Of a DNA stretch of 64,000 nucleotides, positions 26,513-36,464 are shown piece by piece. How positions within the stretch are numbered: position 1 is the first letter of the stretch; each line of letters starts with the position of its first letter. The position numbers and the translations under genes are program-made. The stretch lies in NCBI GenBank assembly GCA_903828235.1, contig CAIKLM010000148.1:5903-69902 (forward strand). The letters run 5' to 3'. The notes under the pieces were generated by a model. That model had not been told where the DNA came from. It saw only the letters and a list, made by a program, of their open reading frames with translations, and did not search any database. The stretch is from an uncultured beta proteobacterium. Lineage in GTDB: Bacteria > Pseudomonadota > Gammaproteobacteria > Burkholderiales > Burkholderiaceae_C.

Positions 26513-27514
26513 ATGTCGACCCGCCCGCACGAGCCAACCCCGTGGACCGCCGCCGACGCCGACGTGGCCGCCACGCGGCTGCTGCCGGCGTGGCTGTCGG
26601 CACAGGGCGCCTGGGCGACCGTCAAGGACCTCGAGACCGGCCGCTACCTCGCGGCCGACGCTGGCCTGGCCAAGCAGCTGGGCCTGACCGACGGCATGGT
26701 GGGCGCCGCCGACGCCGAGCTGTTCGACGCATCGGTGGCCGCGGCGCTGCGCGCCGCCGACCAGGCGGCGGCGGCCCAGGGTGCCGCCATGCGCGGCGAG
26801 CACCACTTCGAGCTCGCGGGCCGGCGGCACGACCTGCAGGTGCTCCGGCTGACCTACGTCCACCAGGAGCGCACGCTGCTGGCCGCGATCTGGCGCGATG
26901 CCGGGCCCGATCGCGCGCAAGCCCAGCAGTTGCGCGCGGCGCTCGAGCAGATCGAGCAGTTGCAGCGCGACCACGACCGGCTGCGCCGCGAGATGGCCGA
27001 CCAGGCGCTGCGCGACCCGGCCTCGGGCCTGCACCGCCGGCCGCACTTCGAGGAGCAGCTGCGCCGCGAGGTCGACCTCTCGCAGCGCGAGCAGCGCGAG
27101 TTCTCGCTCGTGTTCCTGGAGATGGACCCGCCCAGCCCGAAGGTGGCCGCGCTCGGTGACGCCGGCGAGCGCGCCCTGCTCGAGGCCATGGGCCGGCTGC
27201 TGCGCGGCGGCACGCGGGCGATGGACGCGGCCGGCCACTGGGGCGACCGTCGTTTCGCCGTGCTGCTGTCGGGCGTGGGCCTGGCCACGGCGCACAGCCG
27301 GATGGAAGGCCTGCGCCGCAAGTGCGCCGCGCAGCTGGTGGTGCACGATGGCCAGGAGTTCGGCTTCACGGTCTCGGTCGGGGTCGCCAGCTTCCCGCAC
27401 ACGGCACACGCCCAGGAGACGCTGCTCGAGGCCTGCGAAGGCGCGCTGGCCGAGGCCGGCCGCCGCGGCGGCAACGCGGTGGCGCTGGCGGCGATCCGTT
27501 TCGACGCGGCCTGA
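26513..27514 (+). CDS. PAS + degenerate GGDEF-domain protein
   Basis: PAS-like N-terminus, coiled coil, RDPASGL, VFLEMD. RAMD I-site present, but GDRRF replaces GG[D/E]EF. TVSVGVA, GGNAV. Confidence 0.85.
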   Translation: MSTRPHEPTPWTAADADVAATRLLPAWLSAQGAWATVKDLETGRYLAADAGLAKQLGLTDGMVGAADAELFDASVAAALRAADQAAAAQGAAMRGEHHFELAGRRHDLQVLRLTYVHQERTLLAAIWRDAGPDRAQAQQLRAALEQIEQLQRDHDRLRREMADQALRDPASGLHRRPHFEEQLRREVDLSQREQREFSLVFLEMDPPSPKVAALGDAGERALLEAMGRLLRGGTRAMDAAGHWGDRRFAVLLSGVGLATAHSRMEGLRRKCAAQLVVHDGQEFGFTVSVGVASFPHTAHAQETLLEACEGALAEAGRRGGNAVALAAIRFDAA

Positions 27515-27529
27515 CCCGGCCCGCGGCGT

Positions 27530-27991
27530 TCAGCCGCCGAGCCGCCGCAGCACCGCCTGCCACTCAGCCGGCGTCACCGGCGTGATGGACAGCCGGTTGC
27601 CCCGTGCCAACACGCGCATCGAGGCCAGTTCCGGCGCCTGCCGCATCTCGGCCAGCGACAGCAACCGGGTCTTGCGGTCGAAGCGCACGTCCACCTTCAG
27701 CCAGCGCGGCGCGGCGCGGGTGGACCGGGGGTCGAAGTAGGGGCTCGCGGGGTCGAACTGCGTCTCGTCGGGGCCGAGCCCGCCGACCACGGTGGCCAGG
27801 CCCGCGATGCCGGGCTCGGGGCACGACGAGTGGTAGAAGAGCACCCGGTCGCCCATGCGCATGGCGTCGCGCATGAAGTTGCGCGCCTGGTGGTTGCGCA
27901 CCCCCGTCCAGGGCAGCGTCTGCCCGGGGGCCGCGGCGAGGTCGTCGATCGACGCTTCGTCGGGCTCGCTCTTCATCAGCCAGTGGGCCAT
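27530..27991 (-). CDS. EVE domain protein
   Basis: HWLMKSEP, WTGVRNHQARNFMRD, FYHSSC, RGNRLSITPV. Confidence 0.93.
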   Translation of the reverse strand: MAHWLMKSEPDEASIDDLAAAPGQTLPWTGVRNHQARNFMRDAMRMGDRVLFYHSSCPEPGIAGLATVVGGLGPDETQFDPASPYFDPRSTRAAPRWLKVDVRFDRKTRLLSLAEMRQAPELASMRVLARGNRLSITPVTPAEWQAVLRRLGG

Positions 27992-28002
27992 GGGGTGGGG
28001 GT

Positions 28003-28180
28003 GTCCGCCGTGAAGCGTGGGCCGTATTCCTGAACCCTCAGGGAAGTTCAGGTGGGCGAGGTCAGCCGGGCTTCGGGTTCATCTGACGCGAGACGATCAC
28101 ACCAGCCCGACAATGTTCCAAGCCCTGGCTCAATGAGCATCGGTCCAAGGAAATTGAAGACCCACGCCATCACGACGGAC
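28003..28180 (-). ncRNA. ssrS: 6S RNA
   Basis: Lies downstream of zapA, the canonical position. 5' GTCCGTCGTGA pairs with 3' TCACGGCGGAC. Internal CCTTGGACC...GGTTCAGG and CCTGAAC arms. TAGAAT -10 at 28192-28187. About 178 nt. Confidence 0.85.
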
Positions 28181-28224
28181 GGGCCCATTCTAGGCAGTGG
28201 CAAAGGCCCCGTGCGGGGCCCGAA

Positions 28225-28536
28225 TCACAACAACTGCCCGTCGGCGCCGAGCGCGTGGTCCAGCCGTTGCACGAGGGCGTCGACCTGTTGCTGCGGCAGG
28301 GCGCTGCCGGCGGCGCCCGGTGCCTCGACCGCGGGGGGCTGTTCGGCCAGCTGGTAGGCCAGGTTCAGCGCGGCCAGCACGGCGATGCGCTCGCGCGCCC
28401 GCACCTTGCCGGCGTCGCGGATGCCGGCCATCTCGCGGTCGACGGCCGCGACGGCCTTCGCCAGCAGGGCCTCGCCGCCCTCGGGGCAGCCGAGCACGTA
28501 GACCTGGCCGAGGATCGAGAACTCCATCTGCTTCAT
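28225..28536 (-). CDS. zapA: cell division protein ZapA
   Basis: ILGQVYVLGCP, VDREM, RERIAVLAALNLA. Confidence 0.88.
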   Translation of the reverse strand: MKQMEFSILGQVYVLGCPEGGEALLAKAVAAVDREMAGIRDAGKVRARERIAVLAALNLAYQLAEQPPAVEAPGAAGSALPQQQVDALVQRLDHALGADGQLL

Positions 28537-28766
28537 GCCGCGTCCTCCCGGCCGGGGGTGGCAGGAGCCGGGCCGTCGGCCGGCAGGCGGGCCAGCAGGC
28601 CGTCGATGCGGCTGCGCGCGGCCGCCAGCCGCGAACGCAGGCTGTCGCGCTCGGCGGTGACGCTGGCCAGCTGCTGCGCCATCAGCGCGTGGGCGCGCTG
28701 CAGTTCCTGGTGGCGGAGCACCAGACGGTCGATCCGTTCCGCGAGGTCATCGAGCGTGTGGGCCAT
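28533..28766 (-). CDS. small coiled-coil protein (ZapB-like/DUF904)
   Basis: LDDLAERIDRLVLRHQEL...ERDSLRSRLAAARSRIDGLLARLP. Overlaps the zapA start. Confidence 0.75.
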   Translation of the reverse strand: MAHTLDDLAERIDRLVLRHQELQRAHALMAQQLASVTAERDSLRSRLAAARSRIDGLLARLPADGPAPATPGREDAA

Positions 28767-28830
28767 CGGCGTCTCCCTCGGGTTCATTGTAGGGATGGCG
28801 CCGCGGGCAGGCCGTGGCCGGCACGCCTGC

Positions 28831-29487
28831 TCAACGTGCCTTGTGGCGGCGCACGGCCTTGCCGCGGCGGCCTTCGTCGCACCAGCTGCGCACGGCGCAG
28901 GTGTCGCACCGCGGCGCGCGCGCCGTGCAGACGTAGCGGCCGTGCAGGATGAGCCAGTGGTGGGCGTGCTCGCCCCAGCGCGCGGGCACGCGCTTCAGCA
29001 GCCGCTCCTCCACCTGCTGCACGGTGCGGCCGGGCGCCAGCCCGGTGCGGTTGCTGACGCGGTAGACGTGCGTGTCCACCGCCATGGTCGGCTCGCCGAA
29101 GGCCACGTTGAGCACCACGTTGGCCGTCTTGCGGCCCACGCCGGGCAGCGCCTCGAGCGCGGCGCGGTCGCGGGGCACCCGGCCGCCGTGCTGCTCCTGC
29201 AGGATGCGGCAGGTGGCCAGCAGGTTGCGGGCCTTGGTGCGGTACAGCCCGATGGTGCGCACGAGCTCGGTGACGCGCTCGTCGCCCAGCGCCAGCATGC
29301 GCGCGGGGTTGGGCGCCAGCACGAACAGGCGCCGCGTCGCCTTGTTGACGCCTTCGTCGGTGGCCTGCGCCGACAGCAGCACGGCCGCGAGGAGCTCGAA
29401 GACGCTCGAGAACTCGAGTTCGGTGCGCGGCTCGGGGTTGGCCGCCGCCAGCGTGGCGAAGAAGGGTTCGATGTGCTCAGGCTTCAT
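28831..29487 (-). CDS. nth: endonuclease III
   Basis: LLSAQATD, Hh[19 protein letters not shown], 4Fe-4[18 protein letters not shown]. Confidence 0.95.
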   Translation of the reverse strand: MKPEHIEPFFATLAAANPEPRTELEFSSVFELLAAVLLSAQATDEGVNKATRRLFVLAPNPARMLALGDERVTELVRTIGLYRTKARNLLATCRILQEQHGGRVPRDRAALEALPGVGRKTANVVLNVAFGEPTMAVDTHVYRVSNRTGLAPGRTVQQVEERLLKRVPARWGEHAHHWLILHGRYVCTARAPRCDTCAVRSWCDEGRRGKAVRRHKAR

Positions 29488-30181
29488 CGGCGCCGGGTGC
29501 GGGGAGGGCCGGGGGTGCGGACAGGCGGGCGCGCGCCCGTGCCAGCGCGGCCTCGACGATGGCGCGCTTGGCGTCGAGCACGGCGGGCTCGGTGTGGCGG
29601 CTGGCCGCGGCGATGTCGGCCAGCTTGTGCGCGGCCTTGGCGGCCAGGCGCTCATCGTGGTCGCGGCGGTCGCGCTCGACGCGCCATCGGTGGAAGCGGT
29701 AGCGCTCGCGGGCTTCCCCGGCCTGCTCGGCGCTCCAGGCGGCCCAGCCGCTGGCGCCGGGCGTGGCCGGCTCGAGCACGATGCAGTCCACGGGGCAGGC
29801 CGGCACGCACAGCTCGCAGCCGGTGCACAGCGCCTCGATCACCGTGTGCATGCGCCGGGGCGCGCCCACGATGCAGTCCACCGGGCAGGCCTTGATGCAC
29901 AGCGTGCAGCCGATGCACCATGCCTCGTCGACGAAGGCCACCGTGCGCGGGCCCTCGGTGCCGTGGCCCGGGTCCAGCGGCGACACGGCCTGGCCGGTGA
30001 GGGCGGCCAGGCGCACGATGCCCTCGGCACCGCCGGGGGGGCAGCGGTTGATGGGCGCCCGGCCCTCGGCGATGGCCTCGGCGTAGCGGCGGCAGTCGGG
30101 CTCGCCGCAGCGCGTGCACTGCGTCTGCGGCAAGGCCGCATCGATGCGGTCGGCCAGTGTGGGCGGCGGGGGGTTGGTCAC
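29477..30181 (-). CDS. rsxB: RnfB/RsxB-type polyferredoxin (electron transport complex subunit B)
   Basis: GTG start. [45 protein letters not shown]. Confidence 0.85.
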   Translation of the reverse strand: MTNPPPPTLADRIDAALPQTQCTRCGEPDCRRYAEAIAEGRAPINRCPPGGAEGIVRLAALTGQAVSPLDPGHGTEGPRTVAFVDEAWCIGCTLCIKACPVDCIVGAPRRMHTVIEALCTGCELCVPACPVDCIVLEPATPGASGWAAWSAEQAGEARERYRFHRWRVERDRRDHDERLAAKAAHKLADIAAASRHTEPAVLDAKRAIVEAALARARARLSAPPALPAPGADEA

Positions 30182-30219
30182 GGGGGCCGGATTATCCCGG
30201 CGCAGCGCCGGGCCCGGCG

Positions 30220-31578
30220 TCAGGCCGAGGCCCGGCGGGCGCGGCCCTTGGGCGCGGGGTCGGCTGGGGCGGCCGCCGCGGCCTTGCGCGGCGCCCGGCG
30301 TGCCGGCGGGGCGGCCTCGGCCTCTTCCTCGAGCGGCGCGTTGAAGCGCTGGATGAAGTCGCGCACCTGCGGGTAGACCATCTCGCGCCACCGCCGGCCC
30401 GAGAAGATGCCGTAGTGGCCGGCCCCCTCGGCCGTGTAGTGCAGCGAGCGCGCCTTCGGGATGCCGGTGCACAGCCCGTGCGCGGCTTCCGTCTGGCCGG
30501 CGCCCGAGATGTCGTCGAGCTCGCCCTCCACCGTGAGCAGCGCCGTGCGCGTGATGTCCTGCGGGCGCACCGGCTCGCCGGCCACCACCCAGTTGCCGTT
30601 CACGAGGGCGAAGTCCTGGAACACGGTCTTGATGGTGTCCAGGTAGTACTCGGCCGGCATGTCCAGCACGGCGTTGTACTCGTCGTAGAACTGGCGGTGG
30701 CCCTCGGCGCTGTCGTCGTCGCCGCGGATGAGGTCGAGGAAGTAGTCGTAGTGGCTGGTGAGGTGGCGGTCGGGGTTCATCGCCACGAAGCCCGTGTGCT
30801 GCAGGAAGCCCGGGTAGACGCGCCGGCCGGCGCCCGGGAAGTTCTGCGGCACGCGGAAGATGACGTTGTTCTCGAACCAGCTGTGGCTCTTGTTCATCGC
30901 CAGGTTGTTGACAGCGGTGGGGCTCTTGCGGGCGTCGATGGGGCCACCCATCATCGTCATGGTGAGCGGCGTCTTCTCGCCGCGGCTGGCCAGCAGCGAC
31001 ACGGCGGCCAGCACCGGCACCGTGGGCTGGCAGACGCTGATCACGTGGGCTTCGCCGCCGCCGACGTGGCGGATGAACTCCTCGACGTAGGCCACGTAGT
31101 CGTCAAGGTGGAACGGACCGGCCTCGGCCGGCACCATGCGCGCGTCGGTCCAGTCGGTGATGTAGACCTTGTGGTCCTGCAGCAGGCTCTTGACCGTGTC
31201 GCGCAGCAGCGTGCTGTGGTGGCCGGACAGCGGCGCCACCACCAGCACCGTCGGCTGGGACTTCATCCGCGCCAGCGTGGCCGGGTCGTCCGAGAAGCGC
31301 TTGAAGCGCAGCAGCCGGCAGAACGGCTTGGCCAGCGCCACCTGCTCCTGCACCGCGACGTTGGAGCCGTGCACGGTGGCGCTGGTGATGCCGAAGGCCG
31401 GCTTCTCGTACTCCTTGGCCAGCCGGTGCAGCAGGTCGAAGCCGGCCGAGACGCGCTGGGCCCAGGGCGTGTGGGCGAAGGGCGACAGCGGGTGGTCGTA
31501 CAGCTTGGCCGTGGCGCTGGCGAACTCCGAGAACGGCGCCATCAGCGCGCGCTGGGTTTCGTACAGGTGGTAGAGCAT
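30220..31578 (-). CDS. phaZ: intracellular polyhydroxyalkanoate depolymerase
   Basis: [58 protein letters not shown]. Confidence 0.92.
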   Translation of the reverse strand: MLYHLYETQRALMAPFSEFASATAKLYDHPLSPFAHTPWAQRVSAGFDLLHRLAKEYEKPAFGITSATVHGSNVAVQEQVALAKPFCRLLRFKRFSDDPATLARMKSQPTVLVVAPLSGHHSTLLRDTVKSLLQDHKVYITDWTDARMVPAEAGPFHLDDYVAYVEEFIRHVGGGEAHVISVCQPTVPVLAAVSLLASRGEKTPLTMTMMGGPIDARKSPTAVNNLAMNKSHSWFENNVIFRVPQNFPGAGRRVYPGFLQHTGFVAMNPDRHLTSHYDYFLDLIRGDDDSAEGHRQFYDEYNAVLDMPAEYYLDTIKTVFQDFALVNGNWVVAGEPVRPQDITRTALLTVEGELDDISGAGQTEAAHGLCTGIPKARSLHYTAEGAGHYGIFSGRRWREMVYPQVRDFIQRFNAPLEEEAEAAPPARRAPRKAAAAAPADPAPKGRARRASA

Positions 31579-31659
31579 GGGATCGTCCTCGCTGTCGCCG
31601 GTGGCGACACTGGCCACAGGCCCGAGATGGGCCCGCATCGCCGACTGTAACCACATGGA

Positions 31660-31674
31660 TGCTGCATTGCAGCA
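31660..31674. promoter_or_regulatory. putative PhaR operator upstream of phaZ
   Basis: TGCTGCA-T-TGCAGCA inverted repeat (CTGC-N3-GCAG core), 10 bp upstream of a TACAGT -10 on the minus strand (31649-31644). Confidence 0.55.
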
Positions 31675-31751
31675 ATTGCGGCAGGCTGACGCCGGCGGAC
31701 CACCATCGTCGCCTGACGGCGTGCCGACGGTGGCCCGATGAGGGGCCGGCT

Positions 31752-32966
31752 TCAGCCCTTCATCACCGCGGCCAGCGCGGACATCACGGCGTCGATGTTG
31801 CGGCTGTTGATCGCGGCCACGCAAATGCGGCCGGAATCGACGCCGTAGACGCCGAACTCGTCGCGCAGGCGCTGCATCTGCGTCTTGGACAGGCCCGAGT
31901 AGCTGAACATGCCCATCTGGCGGGTGATGTAGGACAGATCGCCCCCGATGCCGGCCGCGGCCAGCCGCTCCACGAGCTGGCGGCGCGTGGCGGCGATGCG
32001 CTGGCGCATGCCGGCGAGCTCGTCCTCCCACAGCTTGCGCAGCTCGGGCGTGTTCAGCACCGTGGCCACCACCGTGGCGCCGAAGGTGGGCGGGTTGCTG
32101 TAGTTGGTGCGGATGACGATCTTCAGCTGGCTGAGCACGCGCGCCGCCTCGTCGGCACTGGCGCAGACGACGCTGAGCGCGCCGACCCGCTCGCCGTACA
32201 GCGAGAAGCTCTTGCTGAACGAGGTGCTGACCAGGAAGGGCAGGCCGGTGGCCAGGAACACCTGCACGGCCGCGCCGTCCTCGGCGATGCCGTGGCCGAA
32301 GCCCTGGTAGGCCATGTCGAGGAAGGGCACGAGCCCGCGCGAGCGGCAGGCCTCGGCCACGCGCTGCCACTGCTCGGGGCTGAGGTCGCAGCCGGTCGGG
32401 TTGTGGCAGCAGGCGTGCAGCACGACGATGGTGCCGGGCGCGGCGGCCGACAGCGTGGCCAACAGGTCGTCGACCCGCACGCCGCGCGTCGCCGCGTCGT
32501 AGTACGGGTAGGCCTCGACCGCGAAGCCCGCGTTCGTGAACAGGGCGCGGTGGTTCTCCCAGCTGGGGTCGGAGATCAGCACCTTGGCGCCGGGGTCCAC
32601 CCGGTGCAGCAGGTCGGCGCCGACCTTCAGCCCGCCGGTGCCGCCCAGGGCCTGCACGGTGGCCACGCGGCCATCGCGCAGCACGGCGCTGTCGGCGCCG
32701 AACACCAAGGCCTGCACCGCGCGGTCGTAGGCCGCGATGCCGTCGATCGGCAGGTAGCCCTTGGCCTTGGGCGCCTCGAGCAGCTGCCGCTCGGCGGCGG
32801 CCACGCACTGCAGCACGGGCAGCTTGCCCTGGTCGTCGAAGTAGACGCCGACGCCGAGGTTGACCTTGCCGGGCCGGGCGTCGGCGTTGAACTGCTCGTT
32901 GAGGCCCAGGATGGGGTCGCGCGGGGCCATCTCGACGGCCGAGAAGAGGGCGGGGGCTGCTGGCAT
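31752..32966 (-). CDS. tyrB: aromatic-amino-acid/aspartate aminotransferase
   Basis: APRDPILG, KVNLGVGVY, TVQALGGTGGL, HACCHNPTG, DMAYQGF, SFSKSFSLYGERVG. Confidence 0.9.
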   Translation of the reverse strand: MPAAPALFSAVEMAPRDPILGLNEQFNADARPGKVNLGVGVYFDDQGKLPVLQCVAAAERQLLEAPKAKGYLPIDGIAAYDRAVQALVFGADSAVLRDGRVATVQALGGTGGLKVGADLLHRVDPGAKVLISDPSWENHRALFTNAGFAVEAYPYYDAATRGVRVDDLLATLSAAAPGTIVVLHACCHNPTGCDLSPEQWQRVAEACRSRGLVPFLDMAYQGFGHGIAEDGAAVQVFLATGLPFLVSTSFSKSFSLYGERVGALSVVCASADEAARVLSQLKIVIRTNYSNPPTFGATVVATVLNTPELRKLWEDELAGMRQRIAATRRQLVERLAAAGIGGDLSYITRQMGMFSYSGLSKTQMQRLRDEFGVYGVDSGRICVAAINSRNIDAVMSALAAVMKG

Positions 32967-33077
32967 GCTGAAGCGGTGGGGTGGGGTGTGGGTGGGTGCG
33001 TTACCCTTGCCGGTTCCCCGGCCGGAGGCGCCGGGCAACCCCCTTCATTCTAGGTGCAAGGCCCAGGGAAACCCCGC

Positions 33078-35216
33078 ATGTCCGTCGCCCCGCCCGTTGC
33101 CCCGCCCACCCTGGCCGATGCCGCCGCCGACGCGCCGGTGCAGGGTACGTTCGTCAGCTTCCCCGGCTCGCCCTTCCAGCTGTTCCAGCCCTACCCGCCG
33201 GCCGGCGACCAGCCCGAGGCCATCGCCCGGCTGGTGGAGGGCCTCTCGGACGGCCTGGCCTTCCAGACGCTTCTGGGCGTCACCGGCTCCGGCAAGACCT
33301 TCACGATGGCCAACGTCATCGCGCGCACCGGCCGGCCGGCCATCGTGTTCGCGCCCAACAAGACGCTGGCGGCGCAGCTGTACAGCGAGTTCCGCGAGTT
33401 CTTCCCGCGAAACGCGGTGGAGTACTTCGTCAGCTACTACGACTACTACCAGCCCGAGGCCTACGTGCCGCAGCGCGACCTGTTCATCGAGAAGGACAGC
33501 GCGATCAACGAGCACATCGAGCAGATGCGGCTGTCGGCCACCAAGAGCCTGCTGGAGCGGCGCGACGTGGTCATCGTGGCCAGCGTCAGCGCCATCTACG
33601 GCATCGGCAACCCCAGCGACTACCACCAGATGGTGATGACGCTGCGGGTGGGCGACAAGGCGGGGCAGCGCGACCTCATCGCGCACCTGATCCGCATGCA
33701 GTACAAGCGCAACGAGGTCGACTTCGGCCGCGGCTCGTTCCGCGTGCGCGGCGACACCATCGACGTGTTCCCGGCCGAGCACTCCGAGCTGGCGCTGCGC
33801 ATCGAGCTGTTCGACGACGAGGTCGAGGCCCTGTCGCTGCTGGACCCGCTCACGGGGCGCGTGCGCCAGAAGATCCCGCGCTTCACCGTCTACCCCGGCA
33901 GCCACTACGTCACGCCGCGCGAGCGCGTGGTCGACGCCATCGCCTCGATCAAGGACGAGCTTCGACAGCGCCTGGACGAGCTGGTCAAGGCCGGCAAGCT
34001 GGTGGAGGCGCAGCGTTTGGAGCAGCGCACGCGCTTCGATCTCGAGATGCTGCAGGAGGTGGGCCACTGCAAGGGCATCGAGAACTACACCCGGCACCTC
34101 AGCGGCGCGAAGCCGGGCGAGCCGCCGCCGACGCTGGTCGACTACTTGCCGGCCGACTCCATCATGTTCCTCGACGAGAGCCACGTGCTGATCGGCCAGT
34201 TCGGCGGCATGTTCAACGGCGACCGCGCGCGCAAGACCACGCTGGTGGAGTACGGCTTCCGGCTGCCGAGCGCGCTGGACAACCGGCCGCTGAAGTTCGA
34301 GGAATTCGAGTCCAAGATGCGGCAGGCCGTCTTCGTGAGCGCCACGCCCGCGGCCTACGAGAAGCAGCACGCCGGCCAGGTGGTGGAGCAGCTCGTGCGC
34401 CCCACCGGCCTGATCGACCCGGCGGTGGAGGTGCGCCCGGCGTCCACGCAGGTGGACGACGTGCTGCAGGAGATCCGCGAGCGCGTGCGGCTGGGCGAGC
34501 GCGTGCTGATCACCACGCTGACCAAGCGCATGGCCGAGCAGCTGACGGAGTACCTCTCGGACAACGGCGTGAAGGTGCGCTACCTGCACTCCGACGTCGA
34601 TACGGTGGAGCGGGTGGAGATCCTGCGCGACCTGCGCCTGGGCACCTTCGACGTGCTGGTGGGCATCAACCTGCTGCGCGAGGGCCTGGACCTGCCCGAG
34701 GTGAGCCTGGTGGCCATCCTCGACGCCGACAAGGAGGGCTTCCTGCGCGCCGAGCGCAGCTTGATCCAGACCATCGGCCGCGCCGCGCGCAACCTCAACG
34801 GCCGCGCCATCCTGTACGCCGAGCGCGTCACCGACAGCATGCGCGCGGCCATCGACGAGACGGAGCGCCGGCGTGCCCGGCAGATCGCGCACAACGCCGC
34901 GCACGGCATCGTGCCCAAGGCGCTGAACAAGCGCGTGCGCGACCTCATCGACGGCGTCGTCTCCGACAAGGCTGCCAAGGACGACCTGGCCGCTGCCAAG
35001 GCGGCGGCCGAGGTGGAGGCGATGAGCGAGAAGGACCTGGGCAAGCGCATCAAGCTGCTCGAGAAGCAGATGCTCGACCACGCCCGCAACCTCGAGTTCG
35101 AGAAGGCGGCCCGCGTGCGCGACCAGCTGGCACTGCTGCGCGAGCAGGCCTTCGGCGCCGGCGGTGCCGGCGACGTCGTGCCCCTGGTGGGCGGGCAGGC
35201 CGGGGGCGCGCGGTGA
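33078..35216 (+). CDS. uvrB: excinuclease ABC subunit B
   Basis: [49 protein letters not shown]-terminal UVR motif. Confidence 0.97.
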   Translation: MSVAPPVAPPTLADAAADAPVQGTFVSFPGSPFQLFQPYPPAGDQPEAIARLVEGLSDGLAFQTLLGVTGSGKTFTMANVIARTGRPAIVFAPNKTLAAQLYSEFREFFPRNAVEYFVSYYDYYQPEAYVPQRDLFIEKDSAINEHIEQMRLSATKSLLERRDVVIVASVSAIYGIGNPSDYHQMVMTLRVGDKAGQRDLIAHLIRMQYKRNEVDFGRGSFRVRGDTIDVFPAEHSELALRIELFDDEVEALSLLDPLTGRVRQKIPRFTVYPGSHYVTPRERVVDAIASIKDELRQRLDELVKAGKLVEAQRLEQRTRFDLEMLQEVGHCKGIENYTRHLSGAKPGEPPPTLVDYLPADSIMFLDESHVLIGQFGGMFNGDRARKTTLVEYGFRLPSALDNRPLKFEEFESKMRQAVFVSATPAAYEKQHAGQVVEQLVRPTGLIDPAVEVRPASTQVDDVLQEIRERVRLGERVLITTLTKRMAEQLTEYLSDNGVKVRYLHSDVDTVERVEILRDLRLGTFDVLVGINLLREGLDLPEVSLVAILDADKEGFLRAERSLIQTIGRAARNLNGRAILYAERVTDSMRAAIDETERRRARQIAHNAAHGIVPKALNKRVRDLIDGVVSDKAAKDDLAAAKAAAEVEAMSEKDLGKRIKLLEKQMLDHARNLEFEKAARVRDQLALLREQAFGAGGAGDVVPLVGGQAGGAR

Positions 35217-35779
35217 TCGAGCGCCTGCGGCAGTGGCTGTCCGGCGAGCCGCCGCCGGCGGCGGCCGTCCCGCCGCGGCTGCGCATCCTGATGGTCTGCA
35301 CCGGCAACATCTGCCGCAGCCCGACGGCCGAAGGCGTGCTGCGCCACAAGCTCGAGCAGGCCGGGCTCGGCGCCGCCGTGCAGGTGGGTTCGGCCGGCAC
35401 CCACGGCTACCACACGGCAGAGCCGCCCGACCCGCGCGCCGTGCGCGCGGCCGCGGCGCGGGGCTACGACCTGTCGCGCCTGCGGGCCCGCCCGCTGGGC
35501 CCCGACGACTACCACCGCTTCGACGTGCTGCTGGCCATGGACAACACCCACCTGGCGTGGCTGCACAAGCGCCAGCCGCCCGCCACGCCGGCGCAGGCGG
35601 GCCTGCTGATGCCGCTGGCCCTGCGCCAGGCCCACGTGGCCGAGGTGCCCGACCCCTACTACGGCGGCCCGGCCGGCTTCGAGCACGTGCTGGACCTGGT
35701 GGAGGACGCCTGCGACGGCATCCTCGAGCGCCTGGCCCGCGAGCAGCCGCTGCTGGACGCGCCTGGAACGCCGCGCTGA
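35213..35779 (+). CDS. low-molecular-weight protein-tyrosine phosphatase
   Basis: GTG start overlapping the uvrB stop. P-loop [13 protein letters not shown]. Confidence 0.9.
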   Translation: MIERLRQWLSGEPPPAAAVPPRLRILMVCTGNICRSPTAEGVLRHKLEQAGLGAAVQVGSAGTHGYHTAEPPDPRAVRAAAARGYDLSRLRARPLGPDDYHRFDVLLAMDNTHLAWLHKRQPPATPAQAGLLMPLALRQAHVAEVPDPYYGGPAGFEHVLDLVEDACDGILERLAREQPLLDAPGTPR

Positions 35780-35847
35780 AGCGGATTTGTCCTGGACGAA
35801 GTCGCGGCAAGGCCTTCAATGCCGGACTGTTTCACTCGACTTCTGCT

Positions 35848-35872
35848 ATAGTTGAGCGATTCGCTCGGAAAC
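35848..35872. promoter_or_regulatory. putative IscR type-1 site overlapping the -10 (TATAGT)
   Basis: ATAGTTGAGCGATTCGCTCGGAAAC contains a GAGCGA/TCGCTC inverted repeat and resembles the IscR type-1 consensus. A second partial site (GGACTGTTTCACTCG) lies just upstream. Confidence 0.55.
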
Positions 35873-35914
35873 GAGCCTTCCACCGGCCGCCGCCCGGCGC
35901 CCAGGAGCCCTGCC

Positions 35915-36448
35915 ATGCGACTGACCACCAAGGGTCGTTTTGCCGTCACCGCCATGATCGACCTGGCCCTGCGTTCCAGCAACGGTCCCGTGGCGCTGGC
36001 GGCGATCAGCCAGCGCCAGCAGATCTCGCTGTCCTACCTCGAGCAGCTGTTCGGCAAGCTGCGCCGCCACGAGCTGGTGGAGAGCACGCGCGGCCCCGGC
36101 GGCGGCTACTCGCTGGGGCGGCCGGCGGCCGAGATCACCGTGGCCGACATCATCGTCGCCGTCGACGAGCCCATCGACGCCACCGGCTGCGCCGGCAGCG
36201 AGAACTGCATGGGAGAGGACAGCGGCAAGTGCATGACGCACGACCTCTGGGCCGGGCTGAACCAGCGCATGATCGAGTTCCTTGACTCCGTCTCGCTGAA
36301 GAAGCTGGTCGACGAGCAACTGGCCAAGGGCGTGTCCATCGACGAGGTGCCGGTCAAGCGCGCGATCTCGTCGGTGCCCGTGGTCAAGCCCATCAAGGTG
36401 ACGGCGCCGAACTCGGTGTTCGCGCTCGGCACCTCGCTCACCAAGTAA
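35915..36448 (+). CDS. iscR: Fe-S cluster assembly regulator IscR (Rrf2)
   Basis: [27 protein letters not shown], three Cys (CAGSENC...KCMTHDLW). Confidence 0.93.
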   Translation: MRLTTKGRFAVTAMIDLALRSSNGPVALAAISQRQQISLSYLEQLFGKLRRHELVESTRGPGGGYSLGRPAAEITVADIIVAVDEPIDATGCAGSENCMGEDSGKCMTHDLWAGLNQRMIEFLDSVSLKKLVDEQLAKGVSIDEVPVKRAISSVPVVKPIKVTAPNSVFALGTSLTK

Positions 36449-36464
36449 CCCGCACCACCGAGAC

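Noticed and set aside
27530-28536. EVE-domain gene downstream of zapA-6S RNA as a possible defence or modified-DNA system
   Set aside because: Stand-alone EVE with no nuclease or toxin partner, in what appears to be a common housekeeping context.
32967-33077. LexA/SOS box upstream of uvrB
   Set aside because: No CTGT-N8-ACAG match in the intergenic region.
13486-36448. suhB-trmJ-cysE separated by ~20 kb from iscR (adjacent in many Gammaproteobacteria)
   Set aside because: Looks like ordinary lineage-specific gene order. No junction scars or mobile genes are visible.
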